A stretch of 64,000 bases of DNA from Bigelowiella natans CCMP2755 (Eukaryota > Protista > Cercozoa): positions 6,101 to 70,100 of the forward strand of contig ADNK01003452.1 in the NCBI GenBank assembly GCA_000320545.1. Direction: 5' to 3'. Positions 14,440 through 30,532 of this stretch are shown here, piece after piece. Under the pieces are notes generated by a model. It saw only the letters and a list, made by a program, of their open reading frames with translations, had not been told where the DNA came from and ran no database searches. Both the position numbers and the translations under genes were made by a program. Within the stretch, counting starts at the first letter, position 1, and each line of letters begins with the position of its first letter.

Positions 14440-15609
14440 ATCTTACAGTTGATTTGTTCGAATGAGGCTGGATGAGACTGCCGCTGGGGTTGACCATCAT
14501 GCATGAGCGCAGCTCAACCAGCTGGCGGAGCCGTAAGATCGTACATTGTACACGTATGTGACATAATACCGGAGCACCAAGCGCATTTAGTCCGAAAATC
14601 AGCTCATCGTTTGTCATCTTAAAGCTGCTTTGGCAGAATTCAATCGTTGTTTCTGCTCCTTCAAGAACCGCAACTCTGTTGACTGAAAGATGCCAATAAC
14701 GGGGGTGTTGAGTACATTGAAAATCTAGAAGTGCGCTAGTACTTCAGGGCGATTCTAAGGTGTGGCTATTTTGATGATGTGTTTAGTCGGTAAATAACCA
14801 AGTTCAAAGCTAATTCACGGCGTACATAAGGATAACGACGCAAGAAAAAAGCTGCATGCATTATGAGCAACGCCATCTTAGAGATCGAAGAAGAACCTAC
14901 AACAAACTAATGGCACGAACAACAGAAAGCAGCAACCTGCTGAGTCGCCAGTATCACATACTTCAACTCCAACGCAAGTCGTGAGACTTCCGACTCGCTG
15001 TACTTGGAGAACGTGCTTGATATCTGGAGATAAAGAGCCGTGTATAATGATCAAAGAAATAGTCATCGATGGAAAATAGGATGATGAAACCACCCCCATC
15101 AAAGATAGATAATCAGCATTTTCCATTCCTCTCACTCATTCGATGAAATATGCAGCAGCACCTGCGCTTCCATTCTGGCCGTATTGTTGAGGTCAAATCG
15201 GGAGATGAAATCGTCCAAACTCGTTCTCAGTTGCGACAATCTATTTGCATTTGTTCTGTCATGGAAGGAGAGCAAAGGTAGTGTTATTTGATATCTCAAT
15301 ATCACTTGGATACATCGTTGGAGTGCGTATAGAATAGGTATTTATATTTAGTAATATCGGTTGAGAGATTAGTTGAAACTCTTTAATCTTTAAAGGCCAG
15401 AAATGTTTGATATATTTTCCAATTTCCCTCTCTCTCTCTCCCCTTCCCTCCCCTCCCCCCCCCTCCTCTCTCACTCTCTCTCTCTCTCACTCTCTCTTCT
15501 TCCCCCCCTCCTTGCTTCAGTATGCTTCAATCGCTGTTGACCGAGTGATTGCATATGCGCAGTTTTGAAGATCTTTGGGCAGCGCTGAGAGCCAGTATCT
15601 GCAAGCACG

Positions 15610-15644
<35 letters not shown>

Positions 15645-15718
15645 TCATAAATATATATTGTATACATGTAAGTACTATTGAGACTGCATGCATATATGTA
15701 TATACTGTATACTATAAG

Positions 15719-15752
<34 letters not shown>

Positions 15753-15878
15753 ATGCATGTGTGAGCGTGTGTGTGTGCTATGCAGCTGCGTAAAGACTCT
15801 ACCCAGCATCTGTGACGTCCGCCTTTGATCCTAGTATATCGTCATCGTAAAGTCGAGAAAGAGAGGGGGGGAGGGAGG

Positions 15879-15917
<39 letters not shown>

Positions 15918-16510
15918 GAGAACTGAATCACAGAACAGTAACAAAGCAAGTGTTGCATATCTGCCCCAACAAAGGAAAACAACGGATTCCAAGTACAGAG
16001 TGGTTTATGCTCTCATGCCAAACCTTCCCCATCACATTAGCTTTGTCATCTAATATGAGATTCGTGATTGATGAAGATGTTTCTTTTCAACTGTTGGTTG
16101 CCATATTTGTTTTTTTTTCCCCCCCCCCCCCCCCCCCCCCCCCCCCATGTATCAGCAGCGGGTAAATCGAACGTACGCACCATTGATCTCCGCTTTAGGC
16201 GTCCAAGAAAATATCTGCCCCTCCTCTCTAAGCCTCAATAACATCCTAATCGTACATCGTTGGCCGTTGATATCATTAGAAAAGATCGTGTCACTCCTCC
16301 TCCCCCCTTTCTATTTTTAAAGCAATATTCACTCTCTATTTGGAAATCAAAATGATTTTTGGGAAAGCTCAAAGCTCAATGCTAATGCGAGTGAATTGAG
16401 CTGTGTCAATGACGCCGATGCTGCAACTATCCTCTTCATATTTTGTACCACCTCTCACCTTTTAATAGCGGCCTTACACCACGCATGAGCCTGCATATTT
16501 CGAACATATG

Positions 16511-16551
<41 letters not shown>

Positions 16552-17680
16552 TGGTGCATAATATTGTTTACCAACATTGTTTCACGTTGATTTTAGAGTG
16601 ATGACGTACATTAAAACGGGTACAGTCATTAAGAAGACTCTCACTCAAAATGAAATGAAGAGTGAAAATGGCTAATTTTGCAAGTTTTACTGTGACACAG
16701 CGTGCGTACGAGTGAGATGGATGCGAGAGAAGAAAATGGACACGTGTCGTGTGCATTCACCTTCAATACGCTTTGCATAGCGCCCTCATCTTTCTTGGTG
16801 TTCCGGATATGAATCTTCGCTTCTTCGTTGCCAAACGAGGCTGCAAGCTCATACCTGCGAGAAAAACGGGGGGAAACATGTGATGGTGGCTTGTGATACA
16901 TTGGGGTTAGTCTAGCAGTACCAGCAATACTTCTTATACTGATCTTTTTCCCTGAGATGGCGAGAAAATAAACAAATTTTCTTTCATTGAACGTGATAAT
17001 ATTGGTAGGAATCACGAATTTCTACATGCTGTCAATCATCATAATTTAGCATCATTGTCATCATCAAATTTATCACCCATCAGCACTATTACTTATAGAT
17101 TCAAGCGTCTCTAATCATGAATTTTCAAACAACGGAAAGACCAACGGGATCCTTGTTCAACGCATGAAAACAAAGAAGCACACAATACTAGCTTCTTGCA
17201 CATATTATGCCACAACAGAAGCTACATTCCAGTCTTACCGATTCGCAAGCCAGACCAATGCGGGAAGATATAAATGTTCCTCGCGAGAATACCTGGTGCT
17301 GATGGCCTATCGAATGATGAAATGGGTTAGGAGGATTCAATTATCCGGAAAGAGCTGCAATCTTTAGTATTGCACAGTGAAAAAGTAAAAATGTATCTGA
17401 TTTCGAGTTAATCCACGTGGGGTTTCGATAGTCGACGCGGCTAATTTTCTCCCCTCGTGAAGAAGACCAAGCACGGTACCTTTTGTAGCATATTCAGAGC
17501 TCTTTGCACGCTGTTTCTATCGCCCTTCGCAAGGTGACGCAGCGCCTCGTTAGTTTGGATCTTATTCAACGCTTTCCTGAGGTTAGAAGTAGAAAAAGAA
17601 AGCGTCCTAGATGACGAGAAGAATCACCACCTTCAACGATTCTACCCAAAAGGACACAGTTCATCCTTTGGCAACTAACA
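14440..17680 (-). CDS. Multi-exon hypothetical gene
   Basis: Minus-strand exon-like blocks, several ending at GT donors: VAVLEGAETTIEFCQSSFKMTNDELIFGLNALGAP (~14570-14675), DIKHVLQVQRVGSLTTCVGVEVCD, LSQLRTSLDDFISRFDLNNTARMEAQ, YELAASFGNEEAKIHIRNTKKDEGAMQSVLK. Ends uncertain. Confidence 0.45.
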
Positions 17681-18317
17681 ACATAGATAGCTTTTGTTTT
17701 TGTTGTTGTTTTTGTTGTTGTTACGGTCGCATGCTCTTTTTCATTTTCAAGAATGACAGGGAGGATTTGGTTACGACTTAGTCGTTGTTGTGCTGCTTTT
17801 ATTCATGCTGCCATTGCCTCCGCGGGCTATTCCTCGCCGATGCACTGGCTGCTCCCTCTTTCCTCTAAATAGTGTTTGTTTGGTGATTTTCATGCAGAAG
17901 TAGAACGTGAGAATAAAATACAACTTTCAAGAACACTAGTGTAAAACGTCCTCGGCCTATCAATTTTCCTCATGGAAAGGTATTATGCGTGTTGATAGAT
18001 AAGAAAATTAAGGGAGAAACCGGAAAGATAACAAATGTACTTCCTACTCGCGCCAGGCATGCGCAATCTGAGAGAAATTTTTCTTTGCTTGTTTTAAAAA
18101 AATAGGAACATTGTTTCAATGAGGTTTATCTCTGCGCATGTGGTGGCTGCTGCTACCTCAGGTTGAGTGGCGATGTTCTTAGGATAATGTAGTGTTGCCC
18201 TCTGGAATTCTGATATATACGTGTGATTGTATTAGAGATGTACGTGCAAAGAGGAGAATGCATCAGGTAAGATTGAGCAAATTCACAAGAGCAAACACGC
18301 ATATATAGACGATGTGC

Positions 18318-19012
18318 TACGGGTCTTTCGTCTTTACCACGAACGTCTTTGGTCGCTTCTTAGCTGAAGGGAAGTCCGACTCGTGTACAAGGAACCCGGC
18401 CTATCAAGAATGGAACATATAGAGCTAGATCGATGCTTGGAACGTGGCAGTATATGACACCCATACACACACACACACACACACACACTATTCAATATTA
18501 TGCGGGCATAAGCCTTTTTCGAGCCCCTTCGTTATGAACGAAGGAGCATTGACTCTTCTATAGCTAAGAAAACCATGAAACAACACTGCGCGTGGTTATC
18601 AATGCTGCTTTAAAGACCTGCCGCATATGCTCTCCGATAATCTCGCCCTTTAGCAGCCGAACGTACCATATAAGTTGGTGTTGTGGGGAAACAATCAGAA
18701 AAGAAAAGGAAAGGCATAGTACATTGCATCCTAATCCCCTCACTTGCAAATATAGCAGTGGTAGCATCAAGAAGGAGTACCTTACCATTCACAAAGTAGC
18801 TACTTACCTCGTATGCGTCTGGAACGATGTGCTTCTTTATCATCTCCGACACAGCCTGTAAGATATGATAATCATGAGAAAATCATCAAGTTGTCATATC
18901 CGAAGACTGTATGAGAAATAAATCTCGATGTCGCTATCTCTATTGCCTCTCTTTGCTCCGTTTTTCTTCTTCTTCTTCCTCTTCTTCTTCTCCTTATTCC
19001 TTTCGATTCCAA

Positions 19013-19057
<45 letters not shown>

Positions 19058-19871
19058 ACGCACACGCACACACACATACGATGACCCACCGAGCTTCCTG
19101 TGATGCTTTTAACTTTTTCCCTGTTGCAATGAAGTCACATCTCAACCAGATAAAGAGTAAAGTAGTTTCATTGATCCATATGTTTTATTTGCATGCTTTA
19201 TTGTAGAGGTAAAGCATTGCTACTTCATCATCGATTACGCATGTTTGCAAGTATCGGATTCATGCATAGAGTCACACTGGGCATTAGATGGCAAAATTCG
19301 GAATACGCGCAGGTTTGGTAACAACTGATCTTACCTCCATCCTTTTTTTTCAAGGTCTTTAAATAAGCTACAATACAACATAACAGCAAAGGCGATTGAT
19401 TTTTTTTTCGAGAGAGCTTAAGAGAAATTCTCAAAAACAGTTGTTCAAAAACAATTCAAGATAGATGATTATGTACCGGGCATGATTTTGTCTCCATCAT
19501 ACGTTACATTTCGTTGATGTATTCCGGAAAAAAATGCTACCTTGCGATGTGAGCAAATCTGTACGCTTCGTGGTCGGACTACGCATGTCATTTAGCAAAA
19601 AGCAGCTCTTTTAATTGGGTTCTCCGATATAATTAGAATTTTTACAAGTGTGTTGTATGTTCCATTGTCCCAAAAATAAGAGTTTACAATTGACAGTTTT
19701 TGAAATGAGGCAGGGTAGGTCCTGTATTTGCAATGATCGGTGTAGAAAGGTGCGCTAATACGCACGCGAAAGAGCAAAATGTAACCATTGCGTTGATAGT
19801 CGTAACATAATCCACAATGCTATAATCCCTATCAAAGCAGCAATTTTTATCAGTTTTGGAGGGATGATGGT

Positions 19872-19904
<33 letters not shown>

Positions 19905-20020
19905 CGGAACGACTTCATCTACGACATCAGCAAGGAGAAAGTCGTTTCACTACCGTTTTATCTCCTTTCCTTTAATACGTTTCTGAAACAAAATGTATTA
20001 GACTGAGAGAAACACACACG

Positions 20021-20112
<92 letters not shown>

Positions 20113-20164
20113 GAGAGAAATATACGCTATGCTGTGATAGTCTTTAGCTATTTCTGTATCACCC

Positions 20165-20196
<32 letters not shown>

Positions 20197-20317
20197 TTGT
20201 GTTTTCAATGGTTTGTTAGTATTTTGTGGCTGTTTTCTCTCATTATCTCCTTCTGTAACACCTCCTTCTCCACGTCTAGATTGGGAATAAATCCTTCAAA
20301 GCAACCACACAACACAA

Positions 20318-20349
<32 letters not shown>

Positions 20350-20673
20350 ACAAACGCAAAAACGCGCATATAAAGTAGCTCAACAATATGTGAGTTAACC
20401 AGCACTGATGCGTCACCAAACACTTTGGCAAGAGTCGTGTCTAATCTGCTTCCTGTTTGAATGTGGAATTTAGCCCTATTTTACTCCTGCTAATTACTAC
20501 TTTTTAGAATCAACTTCGACTGGTCGTGGTCATCGTCCCTAATGAAAAAAATCAGTGTCACAGCGGTTTCGTAAGGTAACCACTACTAGAATTAAACACG
20601 TATATCTTCCAAGCGCACGTGTGTGTCTTTTAATAGAAAAATACGGTAGAATACTATCATGTGTATCATATGA

Positions 20674-20745
<72 letters not shown>

Positions 20746-21416
20746 CACGCAATACACTGCATCGCATACACAAACGGTGTGTGTTAATCAAATGCTGTTA
20801 CTTTTTCTTCACGTACAATTCTCTTTTCTCAACTACTTTAGTAATGCAGTAGCTATTCGACCTGATTTCGTGTATAGCAGGGCTTTGATTCGCCTCCAGA
20901 ATGTTTTTCTCAGGCAATCCTTTTTCGTCATCTTCATCACTTCCTCCTCCTCCACCACTAGCGTCCTCTGTGAGAGTCTTTGAATCTGCTTTTCTTGATG
21001 GTTCTTGTAGGTTTTGTTGGAACCGGTCTTCCTCATCATGAGGGTGGTCATATTGGCGCTGTGTCCTCCTTTCAAAGCTATCACCACCTCGTTTAAGGAG
21101 ACTTCTGACTCTAACATCAAGTGATGACTCAAGATCATCATGCAGAATGGATATGATGTCATCAAGTCGGGAGGGGTTGGGCGCGTAGTAGCCTCCTCCT
21201 CGCGTTCCATTGCTTTGTGATTCGTTTTCTTTGTCGCGGCGAGTGACCGGCCTACGAGCCTCCCAGATTTCAGCTTCTCCAGCCACAGATCTTTTTTCGG
21301 ATGAGGATTTGTAATGGACAACATGAACGAATGAATAATTGATATATGTAATATAGCTCAAGATGAAGTTGGCCAGGCAAAGATCATCAGCAGTTTGCTA
21401 GGAAGCAGAAACAGGT

Positions 21417-21453
<37 letters not shown>

Positions 21454-23305
21454 AAAGACAACTACCTATAATATTCAATCGAATCGCTCTCCCCTTGTTG
21501 ATCTTGCATCTTCCACCAACTAGATTTTAGGTGGGAGGGGTTGCTGCTATTTGTGTTGGATTGATCGTGATCTTTGTTATCCTCCTCCTTATTCATCTTG
21601 GAGCCTACTACCCACTGCAACCATGATGTGTCACTTCCCTGTTCAAAAAAATACGAATGATGCACATTATGTTGTGTTTATTATAACCATCGTACCAAGT
21701 GCTAGGTTTGAGTGGAAAGACAGAATTGCAGATTATAATCTACACTAATGAAATGACTCGAGGGTCATTAGACTAAACATCTGTTTGCATAGCTTGCAAC
21801 CCTCCGATTCATGTCTTTGGATTAACGCTTAAAATCGATATGTGTGGTTGGTGGTAATATTCTGTTCCTCGTCCTCGATATACCTTTGGATCATCAACGC
21901 AACGAAATGGAAATCCCCTGCAAACGTCGAATACTTCATCCTCTTCATCAGCAATGGCATCGATGTGCTTCAGCCTCATCTCCTCTTCTTTGTCCATTTG
22001 CTCTTTTACTGCCTTTACACCTCGCAACGATTTGTGAGTTACGCTAAATTCGCTTCGAGGGATTCGATCGATTGTATTAGTCGCCTCATCTGTTTTTGTA
22101 TTGGAATAAACGATTTTCTTTATGTGTTTTCCAATTATCAAGTGCTGCTCCTTAATGAATTGCGTGTAGTTGAGAAAAGAATACATAGACATGCTTCACA
22201 TGGTAACATGGCTATGTGTGTGTGTGTGTTTGTGTTTGTGTGTGTGAGTGTGTGTGTTTCCGGAAAGGCTGCAAATGGAAAGATGAAACCAGCGCATATA
22301 TTCACGATTAGGACAATACTGCGATTTTTTTTAATGTTTTGTGCTGATTATTAGCGGCACCGCCATTCTTCTCTTCTGCTTCTTCCTCTGACTCGTCATC
22401 TTCTTCATCCTCCTCATTTTCCACGATTTGATTATTCTTTTCCACCTCTTCTTTCTTTTTCGCTTCATCCTCTTCTGCCTCAGCTTCTATGGGCTGTTTT
22501 CTGAAACTGCGGGGCTTTAGAGTTATTTTATCAGGTCTCTTAGCAATTATTAGTGAGTATGATGCCAGCTCCGTGTCGCAACGGCCAAACGCCGCGCATT
22601 TCTCGAAGTCTAAGAAACGTTTAAGGAGCTTTGATTAAAAATAAATGAACGTTGATTCGACACAAACTGCGGATAATGTGAAATTTATTGATAGAATACG
22701 ATAAGCAAGCTATCTCTATGCTGTATTTTTTATACTTGTGTGTGTGTGGTGCGTGTGTTCATGGTTTCACCGATTTTAGCAGCTTCTTGCAGTATCTCTA
22801 TTCCGACACCGAAGACCTATTTATATACCCAGCACAAAGAGAATGGAAGAAACGAATCAACCAATCGTTAAATGGATGTATAGAGAAATAATAGCGTGGA
22901 ACATTTAAGATCCGAAAAATATATGACATAACAGATGAATCACTGATGCGCTAATGAAACCAACGGATTAAATCAGTAATGATGCACAACAATCTTGTTA
23001 CTAAGCAACAACCATCAAAATTTGTGCACGCAATAATTCAACAAAATCTTCATTTAAATTTAAAGAAAAAATCTCGAATTGACAAGCGGAGAAGGAGATG
23101 TCTCTATTGATGGTGACATATCATCATACCGTGACTTTAGCATCATGGATAAATACTTTACGTCGCAAAAACAAAGTCTTAGATCCAATGCCTCTGTCTG
23201 TCTTAGCATCAGCGAATGATGCATCTTTGAAGTCGCAATCTCCACGAACTAATCCTGCGCCATTTGACACTCTCCGAAGCTTTGCGATATGGCATGGCAA
23301 CACAA

Positions 23306-23344
<39 letters not shown>

Positions 23345-25393
23345 TGACACACGCAAACGTTACATACGTCTTTCTGTCTTATGACAGAAGGGATATTAGT
23401 AGGACGTTTTTGTTCCATTCTTACGCAAACACGAGATATACAAAGCAGAATTGAAGGTCTTTTTCTCGCGCATGGTGCAGTATGCAGTGGCAGTATGCTG
23501 AAAAAGGCCAACGAATCTAGTGCTGCCTGGTTACTAGTACTAAATTCACTAGGATAATAATACCCTGAATCGATTTGAAATTGCATCGTTGAGAGCGAGT
23601 CTGAAGTCAGAAGATCCTACTAAGACAATCTTGATTGCTGCAAAACGCCCTCTCCCACCCATGAGAGAGGCTGTTACACTGACAATACCCCCATCCAAAT
23701 CTTCCCAGAATGCAGGCCATTCCCAATATTCACCAAAATGCTTCTCTTCATGTTTCTCTTCCTCTTTAAAAGATGGGAGCATTTTGGGTGCAACCCCCAT
23801 TGCTAACATAGGCACTGATGCTGCTCTGCTAAGAAGTTCTTCCGCAGCAGCAGCAGCAGCAGGTCTATGGAGTATTAATAACGAGCCCTCTCCAAGGGGA
23901 ATGTCCCCGGTCGCTTTAACGGGGGAAGCTGCACCGATTTTGTACCCTCCAAACGTTATAGCTGAAAGGCATTTGAGGTGATTGTAGCGACGAAGGAAGG
24001 AGGAGGAGGAGGGGGAGGAGGAGGAGGGAGAAGGAGAGACTTTTTTCACTTCTCCTAGTGACACCTCACTAGTGAATATGGGGTGTTGCGAGAGGATTCC
24101 TGATTCAACTCCGACGGTAGGAGGGGGGAACCTAAGATGGGGTGAAGGGGTGTTGGATGGTGGGCAAGGAAACAATCACTGCGTTGCCTAATACTAATTC
24201 GATGTTGGAAAGCTGGAAGTCTATAGTTATCTTCGTAGAAACAACACCATCATAAAGGAACGTGGCACGAATTGGAAAAAAATATAATAGGCAAGTGTGA
24301 TGATTGCTGCTGTGTTGGGCTGGTATTCTTGTATTGCAAGTATTGCCAATAAATCCTCATTTTTCAGTTTTATTGTCTGACTTGATATAATCACGTTTCA
24401 GGTTTTTATCGCACCTAAACGTTGTCGTTGAAGTAAGATTCCCATCCGAATCTACCAGAGCTTGCCATATCTACCAGTGCAGTAGTAGGAGAAGGAGTAG
24501 GAGAAACAAGATTAAAAATGTTTTCAAGATGGAAAAGTGCGGAATAAATGCCAGAAACATGATCGTGTAACGCATAGCATTCTCCAACAGAGAACGGCGA
24601 AGTGGCAAGTAAAAGCGACTCGCCTGGAGGTAGGTATTTGCCACAAGTTGTCTATCGTTGACATTGTGTAACAGAATCTTAATCATAAATCCCAACAAGA
24701 CGAAAAATGAGCTGTCATCGATTTCATTGATTTCGAGATGACTTCACCCCTCCGACTCTTGTTTGATTATGGTACAAATACAGCGAACGAAGTATCATCA
24801 TCATCATCATCCATTTACCCAACCCCTCGTTACTACTACTGCATTACCGGCTTCAAACTTGTTCGATATCCCGCAAACACGACTTTATCACGCTTTACAC
24901 GGACCAGGACCACAGATGGATGAATAACTTCACCATCGGAAGAAGTGGTATGAGTAGCATTTACGTTCTTGTTCCTTCGTCGTCGCATGATCAATCTTTC
25001 TCTGAGTTTGCTGCAAAAAAACATTTAAAAATATCTCATTCAATACTCGAAGATGTTGCAGAATGGTCATTTTGTATGTTGTTGTCCCCTCCTGGTTCTC
25101 TTCCGTGTGTTTATCATCGTCATTATCATCATCATCATCATCATCACATAGAAGTAGTACCAAGGGTTGTCCTCTTTCTTCAATTCAGTCTCCATAACAG
25201 ATGATGATGGGCAAGAAGAAGTAGAGGAAGTAGAGGGTAAGGCAGCTTCGTTGTCGCTTGGAATTATACTCGTAAGACGATATCCTAAGATGATAATGCC
25301 CCATGGTGTTGGGGAATATGCAATATTTTTATATATACGTTATAATCATGTAAGGGTAGGTAATTTATACTGATAATCTGAATAGAATATTTA

Positions 25394-25439
<46 letters not shown>

Positions 25440-26508
25440 ATTTACAAGATAGGATGCCACCTTCCTCGTACATACGCATCATTGCTGACATCTCCACAGC
25501 CTCTTCCCAATGCACGTCCTCTGCCCATTGAGCAGAATCCAAGATACCACAAATGCGACCAAGATGGGGGGGGACACTCATTGAGGACGAAGAAGAGGAA
25601 GAGGCAGATGATATCGCCTTGTTCCTCGTTGGTGATTTTGCAAGCTTGATGCCGACTATTCTACTCGAATCACTACATTTAAATTCTCTTCCTATTATAA
25701 CTTCATTTGCCCGTGCTGACTGCGAAAGGAGGCCACACGGATAACAGCAGTTTGCAGTAGTTGTAGCATTGGTAGTAGTGGTAGTGGTAGTGCGGGTAGT
25801 AGAGGCTGGGTATCTTAGAAGGCCGGGAACACCAAAAAACACAGTGCGGCCTTGATTTGTGGTGAATTCCAACCCAATTTCTGCTCCCTGAAGAAGCATA
25901 CACACACACAGCAAAAGTGTGTTGAAGAGAGGAATAGTATAAGTGCTGTGCGGAATGGTAGTAGCAGGTCGGCAAACAGGGCGTTGTCTTTGTTTTACGT
26001 AAAAAAAAAAAACTATATTTCTATCAACTGTCTACTCGCGAATATTAATGAAATATAAAATGAATATTACAGATGTAAAGGAAACTATGTCTATGTGTGT
26101 GTGTGTGTGTGTGTGTTTTGGAATATGGTAGTACACTGCACATTTGTTTTTCATCATCAACATATAAAATATACACCAATTTCAATTTATATATATTAAA
26201 CCTTCCAAACAAAGGTTTTGAGCGAGATCATCTCCTCTCCCTCCAAAAAGGAAAATGAATCCTGCTGTCCGCTGTAGTAAACGGCATGGAACAACAAAGA
26301 AGTAAGAGGGAATTTGACGTTATTTGGAGTTACTACTGCACTCGTTATTGTATATGCATAATGATGAAATGAAGCCAACATGTTATCATAGCCTTAGCAA
26401 GCAAGTAAAGCGTGTTTACCATGAGAATTATCATATTGGGCTATACGGTTACTAACGTATATGCTGAATAGCAGCAGAGTGTATAAATCTATACATATAT
26501 ATTGATAT

Positions 26509-26560
<52 letters not shown>

Positions 26561-27311
26561 ATATGAAATGTAGAAAGCCTTCATTGTGATAGGCACGGAG
26601 GATATTGTTAATAGAATAGAGGCGACTAATAATATTGCAAAGACTACTACTATTACTACTATACATGACGTGGTGTTCTCTATCTACTTCCTATATGATA
26701 AACTGTACTTTCTTCGTTTGCCATTAATTGTAGGTTCAAAGAGCACTGATGAGAGAGAAACATTGTACACAATATGTATTAATCTATTCTGGCCCGTCAA
26801 TGGACACCAAAGACCACAACAAAACAAATATGAAGAAGAGGAGAGAGTGAGAGATGAACCTCCTTTGAGTAACTTCATCTCTTCCTGTGTATATCGACCT
26901 GATAGGTAACAATCAGCAGCATTTGTTACATCAAATAACAACAACAAACAACAAGGAAGAGGAGGAGGAGGAGGAGGAGGAGGAGGAGGAGGATGATGCT
27001 AGAATGATGATGACTGATCGATTTCTTCTTCCGTAACATACAATCAGCATTAAAAGACTGCTGCATGCATCACAACTTGCAAAGGACTATCTATTCCTCT
27101 GCTGCTGATACAAACTGAGTCTTGTTGCTCTCCTTAGGAGATTGTAGTAGTAGAAGTAGTAGTAGTAGTAGTAGTGGTGGTGGTGGCGGTATTAGTAGAG
27201 TATTACCGTTTGCTTCGGTCCATTTGATTGCTATATTGCTGTATAGCTTATTCAACCTGGGCCCAAAGTATATTGCTGCTGCACTTGTCTTATCCCCCCC
27301 GGACTTAGCTA

Positions 27312-27342
<31 letters not shown>

Positions 27343-27440
27343 CGGGGGTCTTACGTCATTTCTGCTAAATTCTGCGATCAAAAGTGACACTTAATCAGCA
27401 ATATTCATCGGCTTTCACACGTATCATTACTATAATCACT

Positions 27441-27482
<42 letters not shown>

Positions 27483-27935
27483 GTTATCATTATTATATAT
27501 TAAATGGGCATGGTTTTCGGGTGCGTGTGGAAAAAACAGCAATGGTGGAAACAGCTCTCATCGTTGCTGATATTATGATGATGACATTACCACCCCATAC
27601 AACAAGACAAACCGTAGTCATGATGCGATGTTAAGATCAGTAGAAGGAAGAGGTAGATCACTGACCGGTGAGGAAGGAGTGGTAGGTTCTCCCGTTCGAT
27701 ACAGCCTTTTCTATGTCGCGCTTAAGGGTGTTTGTTGCCTCTTCCTTCATCCTCGTGGCCTCTACCAGGTCCTCTGATATCTGTGTTATTGTCTTTATTG
27801 TTGTTGTTGTTTATATTGTTGCTGTTGTTGCATATGTTGTCAACAAATCCATCAGATGATAAAACAACACCTCGGTCAAATGTAATATACGTTACCATTT
27901 TGGTGGATTTGATATCTACAAAAATGCGGGGGCGC

Positions 27936-27974
<39 letters not shown>

Positions 27975-28842
27975 ATGTTTGTAAAGAAGGCGGGTATATA
28001 TGTGCTTGTTCGTAGAAAAGGCCAGCAGCAGACATACATATCGATCGTATCCTTCCGTTGTTGATCTTGTAGCAGTATTCGCTATGAAATCATACTCCTT
28101 ATAAAGAATGAGAAGGAAGGGAAACGGTGAATCAGATCAGATAATAACGAAAAAGACGGATATCTTCGATAAATGAGCAAATTGCAGTACAAAGCCGTGC
28201 TCAGAGGCTACAAGCTGATATATGTGCCTTTCGTGCAAATAAAGCCGCTGGTAGCAAGCAGATTTGGTGGCTATCATTTCAATCATTCCATCAATCAATA
28301 TCATCGGATATATCATCAGACACTTCACAACAAATACGAATTTCATCACTTTCGATGTTCCATCATCAAAGTAGAACTTGACAACAGCAATCTGGTAATA
28401 GTGAGGTAGTGCTTTGCCAGTCTCCATCTTCTTCTTCTTCTTATTCTTGTTCTTGTTCCCCTCCTCCTTTTCCTCTTTCCTTTTGCCACCATCTTTATTT
28501 TTGCCCTTTTTGTCCTTCTTTAAGGGCCTCTTCTTGCCCCACACACGTATCTATAGATGGTGGTGGGGAGAACAAAAGGAATGTGAGTAAGTTCGTCTTA
28601 AAGCAGCAATAACTCTTAAACATATTATTTCTAAGAGATAGATGTTAAGCGTGATACTACTACTTTGACTATTCTTGGTCCTTGAACGATATCAGGAAGA
28701 GGAGGAAGAAGCTTTCGAGAGGAGAAAGGAGAGCCCTTAATGTCCTCCTCCTCATCCCCTTTCTTGTTTCGTGATAACATGATCCTGGAGAGATGCAAAA
28801 TGGTGAATGAATTATCATTGTTCCTTTTATTATTGGCAACAA

Positions 28843-28874
<32 letters not shown>

Positions 28875-29031
28875 CATATCCTCCGACCATACCTAACGGC
28901 AGGAGCGCCCCCATTGATCATCATCTTTCCCTCCTCGGTGCGTGATTTGCCATTGCCGTGTTGGAACGATAATGTCGCAATATCGAGATCACCATTGCTA
29001 CTGCTGCATGATTTGATGTAATGGATGGTTA

Positions 29032-29076
<45 letters not shown>

Positions 29077-29953
29077 CATATTGCAGGCTGTGTGTTTGTG
29101 TGTGGGCTCAAAAACGTGCGTCAATTACAACAACAACAACAACTACTACTACTACTACTACTACTTCTACTACTACTACCTATGGTGCTGAGCAAGGGAA
29201 GAGTGCTCCTTGACTCTCTCAGGATGAAGCTTGCTCGTAGATGTATTATAAAGCATGATGAAGGCACCGTTGTCTCCCAATATGCGAAGATCATTTGGAG
29301 AAGGAGGTGATAGGTTTGTTAATGAGTGTGAGGAAGATTGAAGAGAAGCAGCAGCACCGTGTACAGCATCAACTAGATACTCAAGGAAGATCTGTGGATC
29401 CTGAGTGTTGTTGTTATTGGAACGATGCAGACAATTGAATAGAAAGAACACAAACCAAAGCAAATTAAAGATTAGATAGAATCAATCATCTGTCGATGAT
29501 ATACTATCCAATAGCAATGCTGCTGATGTAAAGCAGCAACACCTGTGGGGTGGAAAGTATGCCTGAAAATGATGAGAACCTTTTAACAGTAGTATAACAA
29601 CAAATACAATGATCATAAGAGTTGCTTCATGAGCTTAGAATCATTTTAAGAAATGATGACCCTAGAGGCGATGTGAGAATCTGACGAGAGGCGCATTGCT
29701 GTCTTCTCTCCTGCACATATTATCAGCTCATTTAATAGGTTGTCAACGAGAGTGCTTCATAGGGAAACGCATGAACAAGAAAGAAGACTATCATCGAAGC
29801 ATAGGAAAGAGACATTTATTCACCCCTTCGTTCAAAAGTAGAAGGCCCTCTGCCTCAAGATAGTCGAGGACATTAGACAGGCAGAAATAGTCCCCAGCCT
29901 TTTTCGTATACAATGTTTTCAAACGATAATTTGTACAAGAAACGTTAAGTAGA

Positions 29954-29989
<36 letters not shown>

Positions 29990-30499
29990 TGTATCCGATA
30001 GATGGAGATAGAGCAATGATCAGAATGCTGAATGTCGAATAAATATGATGCAACAACCAGGTGAAGCGAAGTCTGTTCCAATCCTTCCCGTGTTGTCCGA
30101 GACTCTAATATGTTGATGTGTTTATTTATTTGTTTATTTTCAGGTTTGATGTTCAGTATGTAATAAGAAAATAAAAGGACATCAACACTACAAGTATTGT
30201 TCATAAAAAATATACGCATTAAGACAAATATGTTGGAAAAAATATCATTCTAAGATGCATAAGATGATATCATCGCCGAATAATACCTGCTAGAACACCA
30301 ACGCATGTCAACACTGGCCTCATAACTCTTCCCATGCCACTCGATGCCATCGCAGCAACCTAGTTCAAACTTACTGTCATTTCGTGTACGTGCAAAACTG
30401 GCCATCATCGTCACACCACACAATCAAAAAAGATCGGGATGATTCGTTCGTAGATCGGTATTTACCTATTCTCTTGCCCTCTCGTAAACACGCGTAATA

Positions 30500-30532
<33 letters not shown>

